In this document: one piece after another, positions 24,245 to 26,932 of the stretch
Layout of the letters: every line of letters begins with the position of its first letter
Position numbering within the stretch: position 1 is the first letter of the stretch
Virus record (IMG/VR): IMGVR_UViG_3300044728_000090
Coordinates: 1 to 26,932 of that record
Source of the DNA: a virus
Taxonomy: Duplodnaviria; Caudoviricetes
Length of the DNA: 26,932 bases
Reading direction: 5' to 3' (one strand)
Notes under the pieces: generated by a model
What the model was told of the DNA's origin: nothing
The model's input: the letters and a program-made list of their open reading frames with translations, nothing else
The model's database searches: none
Position numbers and translations under genes: made by a program

Positions 24245-24880
24245 ATGCGTAAAGAGAGCAACAAGAGAGAGGTTACCGAGGACGATCTGGTCTCATGGCA
24301 TGCGAGGAACCAAGAGTTCAAGGAAGAGTATGCACGTAAGCAGATGGAGATCAGGGACAAGTGTAGGCGCAAGGACAACAGGAAGTTCGCGTTCACTCCC
24401 GAGATCGAGATCGAGATACTCAACAGGCTCGAGCAGGGACAGACGCTACCCATGATGGAGGAGGAGCCCAACATGCCCTCAGCCAGCCTGATCTATAAGT
24501 GGATGCGGGACTATCCTGACTTCGGGAAGCGGGTGCGTGAGGCCAGAGCTAATGGAGCACACCATCTGGCAGCACAGATACTGGACATAGCCAGAGAGGT
24601 TCCCAATGTGATCATAGATAACCAAGGCAACTTCAGCTTCGATGCAGCCTACATCTCATGGCAGAAGATCAGGATGGAGGCCCATAAGTGGCTGGCATCC
24701 AAGTACCTGCCCAAGGACTATGGCGACAGGAAGCCTCACGAGAAGGAGGTCAAGTCCAAGGATGGTGGATCGCGTAGTGACTACGAGAGGATGATGGAGA
24801 TCGTGAGCAACCTCGAGATGAGCAAGCGGGTAGAGAAGATAACGAAGGTCAAGAAGGTCACACGCAAGAAGCAGGAGTAG
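24245..24880 (+). CDS. terS: Terminase small subunit (Sf6 gp1-like HTH type)
   Basis: EIL.RL..G.TL.......MPS...IY.W....PDF......AR, LDIA, R.EA.KWLASK..PK.YGDR motifs. Confidence 0.8.
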   Translation: MRKESNKREVTEDDLVSWHARNQEFKEEYARKQMEIRDKCRRKDNRKFAFTPEIEIEILNRLEQGQTLPMMEEEPNMPSASLIYKWMRDYPDFGKRVREARANGAHHLAAQILDIAREVPNVIIDNQGNFSFDAAYISWQKIRMEAHKWLASKYLPKDYGDRKPHEKEVKSKDGGSRSDYERMMEIVSNLEMSKRVEKITKVKKVTRKKQE

Positions 24881-24919
24881 TGGTATAGTGGGTACGTGAA
24901 CTCTAGCAGTCGACTTTAT

Positions 24920-24957
24920 GGCCACCGATCTCCCCAATAGATAGTGGCCCCTTTTTT
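24920..24957 (+). terminator. Intrinsic terminator after terS
   Basis: GGCCAC...GTGGCC stem followed by CCTTTTTT. Confidence 0.55.
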
Positions 24958-24959
24958 GG

Positions 24960-25085
24960 TCAGTCAGAATAGGTACTCGTCCCTTTTTCCTCCTCCTCCT
25001 CCATAGCATTCACTTCAGCCAGCAGGGTACGATCCACCGGGTAATCCTTCGTGTCCAGCAGCAGTCTCAGTTGTTCGTCAGTCAT
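24960..25085 (-). CDS. 41-aa acidic peptide MTDEQLRLLLDTKDYPVDRTLLAEVNAMEEEEEKGTSTYSD
   Basis: Manual translation; AGGAG RBS. Confidence 0.5.
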   Translation of the reverse strand: MTDEQLRLLLDTKDYPVDRTLLAEVNAMEEEEEKGTSTYSD

Positions 25086-25137
25086 TGTCGGCTCCTATAC
25101 CGTGAGTGAAGGGCCACCCAGTCAGTGGCCCGTGTGA

Positions 25138-25311
25138 TTAACCTGCTCTATTCTCCGAGAGATGCTTGATGACTATGCTCATCTTGCTGATGGTATCGGT
25201 ATGAATAGCAGCCAGCTCCTTGAGTTGCTCGATGTCTGACTGCTGTTTCTTCACGATAGCGAACACATCCTCAAATATCTTGGCTATTGCGTCTTGTGCT
25301 ACTGAGTCCAT
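25138..25311 (-). CDS. 57-aa coiled-coil hypothetical protein MDSVAQDAIAKIFEDVF...
   Basis: Manual translation; AGGAG RBS. Confidence 0.6.
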   Translation of the reverse strand: MDSVAQDAIAKIFEDVFAIVKKQQSDIEQLKELAAIHTDTISKMSIVIKHLSENRAG

Positions 25312-25353
25312 GTGAATCTCCTAGATGGGGCCACGGAAGCAGCCCCTGATTGA

Positions 25354-26151
25354 TTACGCTACCAGTTTGCCCATCTCCTCAGCGAGTACCCAGAGGCCAC
25401 GATTAAGCGCAGTGGACTGGTCGATGCCGTTGATCTTCCGGGATGAAGTTCTGACGCGACGACCGAGCTCATTAGTCTTGATGCCAGACTGACCGCCCTT
25501 GATCACGTTCTCCTGCACTGCGTTGAACACTGTCCAGAGATCAGACCTCTCATCAGCGAACCTGCGAGGACGAATGATCTGAGCCGGGGAGAACCCGCAG
25601 TTGTCAGGATCGTCGTACTTCAGGGCCAGTGCTGCCTTACCGAATGCCAGCTTCTGCGTGTCCGAGAGCGTGATGGCCTTCATGGTCTCGATGGACTGGG
25701 TAACAGCATCGAAGCCATTGATGATCTTGTATGCACCTTCGATTACCTCGGCCTTGGCATTGCCCGTGTGACGCAGCTTGATGTGGCAATCCTGCTGGTA
25801 GGCGATCAGGCCATTGGAGCAGACCAGACGGTACACACCTGCCATGAGCTGGAAGCCAGAGCTGCCATCGTGCGAGTTGATCAGTACTACCTCACGTGCT
25901 TCACGGCTCTCGAGCTGATCCTCACGGCGGAACCGGAGCATATGCTTGCCGAAGCCAGCGTGATCCTTCTTGCGGGAGCCAGCCTGATCGACACGAACTG
26001 GCAGGAAGCCTTCCTCACGCAGTCCCTGTACGAGAGACATGGTTGGGATGTAGGCGTACTTCTCGGACATGCTCTCATGTGCGTGTTCAGCGAAGACAGA
26101 TGGTGCGATGCGGATCAGGTCTTGGTTGCTCAGTACAGTTGCTGTTCTCAT
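25354..26151 (-). CDS. YafZ/YfjQ/YubP-like (UPF0380, DUF932) protein
   Basis: APSVF....H.S.S..Y.YIPT, KHMLRFR, NSHDGSS.FQ..AG.YR.VC.NG, PRR..D...DLW..FN..QEN..KGG, LN..LW. Confidence 0.9.
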   Translation of the reverse strand: MRTATVLSNQDLIRIAPSVFAEHAHESMSEKYAYIPTMSLVQGLREEGFLPVRVDQAGSRKKDHAGFGKHMLRFRREDQLESREAREVVLINSHDGSSGFQLMAGVYRLVCSNGLIAYQQDCHIKLRHTGNAKAEVIEGAYKIINGFDAVTQSIETMKAITLSDTQKLAFGKAALALKYDDPDNCGFSPAQIIRPRRFADERSDLWTVFNAVQENVIKGGQSGIKTNELGRRVRTSSRKINGIDQSTALNRGLWVLAEEMGKLVA

Positions 26152-26201
26152 GGTAAGGCTCCTAAGTAAGTTAAGTGAATCAGTCAGTGCTACAGGAATG
26201 C

Positions 26202-26229
26202 ATTATACGCATATCAGAATATAATGCAA
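26202..26229 (-). promoter_or_regulatory. Leftward promoter with operator copy (26204-26221)
   Basis: Minus strand TTGCAT-16nt-TATAAT; TATACG-CATATC-AGAATA. Confidence 0.65.
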
Positions 26230-26243
26230 GCATAATGTAAGTA

Positions 26244-26438
26244 TTATTTGCAACAATCGCAAGGTATGGCTGATCGTACTTCTGCCATTGCTTCCTTGAC
26301 GGTATCGAACCCACGTACATGCTCATTGCTCAGTGGATCGGCAGAGAACTTCCAGCCACCTGCCAGCGTAACGATCAGCGAGTTCCCGATGCTTCTCTCG
26401 TCGTCCCAGTGCAGTATCCTAGAGTGCCGTTGTTTCAT
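26244..26438 (-). CDS. Hypothetical protein
   Basis: AGGAG RBS; IVTL..GW.F...H...FDTVKEA pattern. Confidence 0.65.
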   Translation of the reverse strand: MKQRHSRILHWDDERSIGNSLIVTLAGGWKFSADPLSNEHVRGFDTVKEAMAEVRSAIPCDCCK

Positions 26439-26447
26439 CTCAGTCTC

Positions 26448-26804
26448 CTATTTGTGAACGAAATAAGTAGTCCCAGCGAAGTCCAGTGCCGTGTAGTTGT
26501 CACGCTCGTCCTCTACCCGTGAGTCCTGATCGCCAAAGCCAGTCATGCCATCAGTCAGGTCATAGAGATACTCGGTGAAGTATTCCTCGTTGATCAGTAC
26601 CGTGCTGGTGTTCCAGTCAGCGCACTTAATGCCCTCCATCGCTACCTTGATCAGTGCTGCCAGCTCCATGCCATCATCGCTATCCTCGAAGTCAGCGAGG
26701 TCATCATCCAAGAGCCTGTCACGTATGCAGGTCAGGTACATCAGACGAGCCATGATGTCGCTGCTATCGATGGTCACCCAGTTGTTGCTGATGCTGTGTT
26801 CCAT
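26448..26804 (-). CDS. Acidic phage protein, possibly ArdA-related antirestriction protein
   Basis: Highly acidic; IDS.D...R, DW....LI.E.YF.EY, Y..LDF.G.TY patterns; functional call weak. Confidence 0.5.
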   Translation of the reverse strand: MEHSISNNWVTIDSSDIMARLMYLTCIRDRLLDDDLADFEDSDDGMELAALIKVAMEGIKCADWNTSTVLINEEYFTEYLYDLTDGMTGFGDQDSRVEDERDNYTALDFAGTTYFVHK

Positions 26805-26847
26805 GTGAGTCTCCTTGATGGCCCCACCTGAGCAGGGCCTTGGTTGA

Positions 26848-26931
26848 TTAAGCCAGCAACTCGTATGCAGCCTTACGAGACACTCTCTTGCCAGCTACCT
26901 TGAACATCACTGTCGGGGTAGGCAGATTGTC
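26848..26931 (-). CDS. C-terminal end of a hypothetical protein (partial) ...FKVAGKRVSRKAAYELLA
   Basis: Open frame entering from the right edge, ending TAA before the repeated intergenic module. Confidence 0.5.
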   Translation of the reverse strand, partial: DNLPTPTVMFKVAGKRVSRKAAYELLA

Positions 26932-26932
26932 G

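Noticed and set aside
1-26932. tRNA/rRNA genes, IS elements, alternative genetic code
   Set aside because: No cloverleaf with T-loop consensus, transposase or terminal repeats seen by eye; conserved genes are intact under code 11 and use all three stop codons

Overview
This window is a 27-kb segment of a tailed dsDNA phage (or prophage-like element), probably of a proteobacterial host judging from the SSB and the sigma70-type promoters (inference). It has no capsid, tail, lysis, integrase or cI genes. The leftward arm holds a RuvC-like resolvase, large terminase, ssb, YfdQ/DUF2303 and YfdP-like genes, a YqaJ exonuclease and an ERF recombinase. A divergent switch drives a Cro-like HTH gene, a ParB-like protein, an SF2 helicase and a TOPRIM primase. 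Accessory operons, an HNH endonuclease, an isolated small terminase and a YafZ/DUF932 gene fill the rest. The most striking element is a leftward operon (16825 to 11878) encoding a vWA protein, an Sm/SH3-like protein and about 11 mostly translationally coupled 57-76 aa Ser/Arg/Cys/Gly/Trp-rich peptides. The peptides share an N-terminal motif M[SN]AA[VIT][LIM][RK]x[GA][YFH] followed by hypervariable bodies, and the ORF track mostly misses or mis-starts them. Two dispersed DNA motif families were also found by eye: an 18-bp palindromic operator TATWCG-N6-CGAATA (6 copies, in promoter regions) and a 15-bp AAGGGACGAGTMCCT element (5 copies at gene ends). Two intergenic regions are rich in potential RNA structure. 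Family assignments come from motif recognition; no database search was run.
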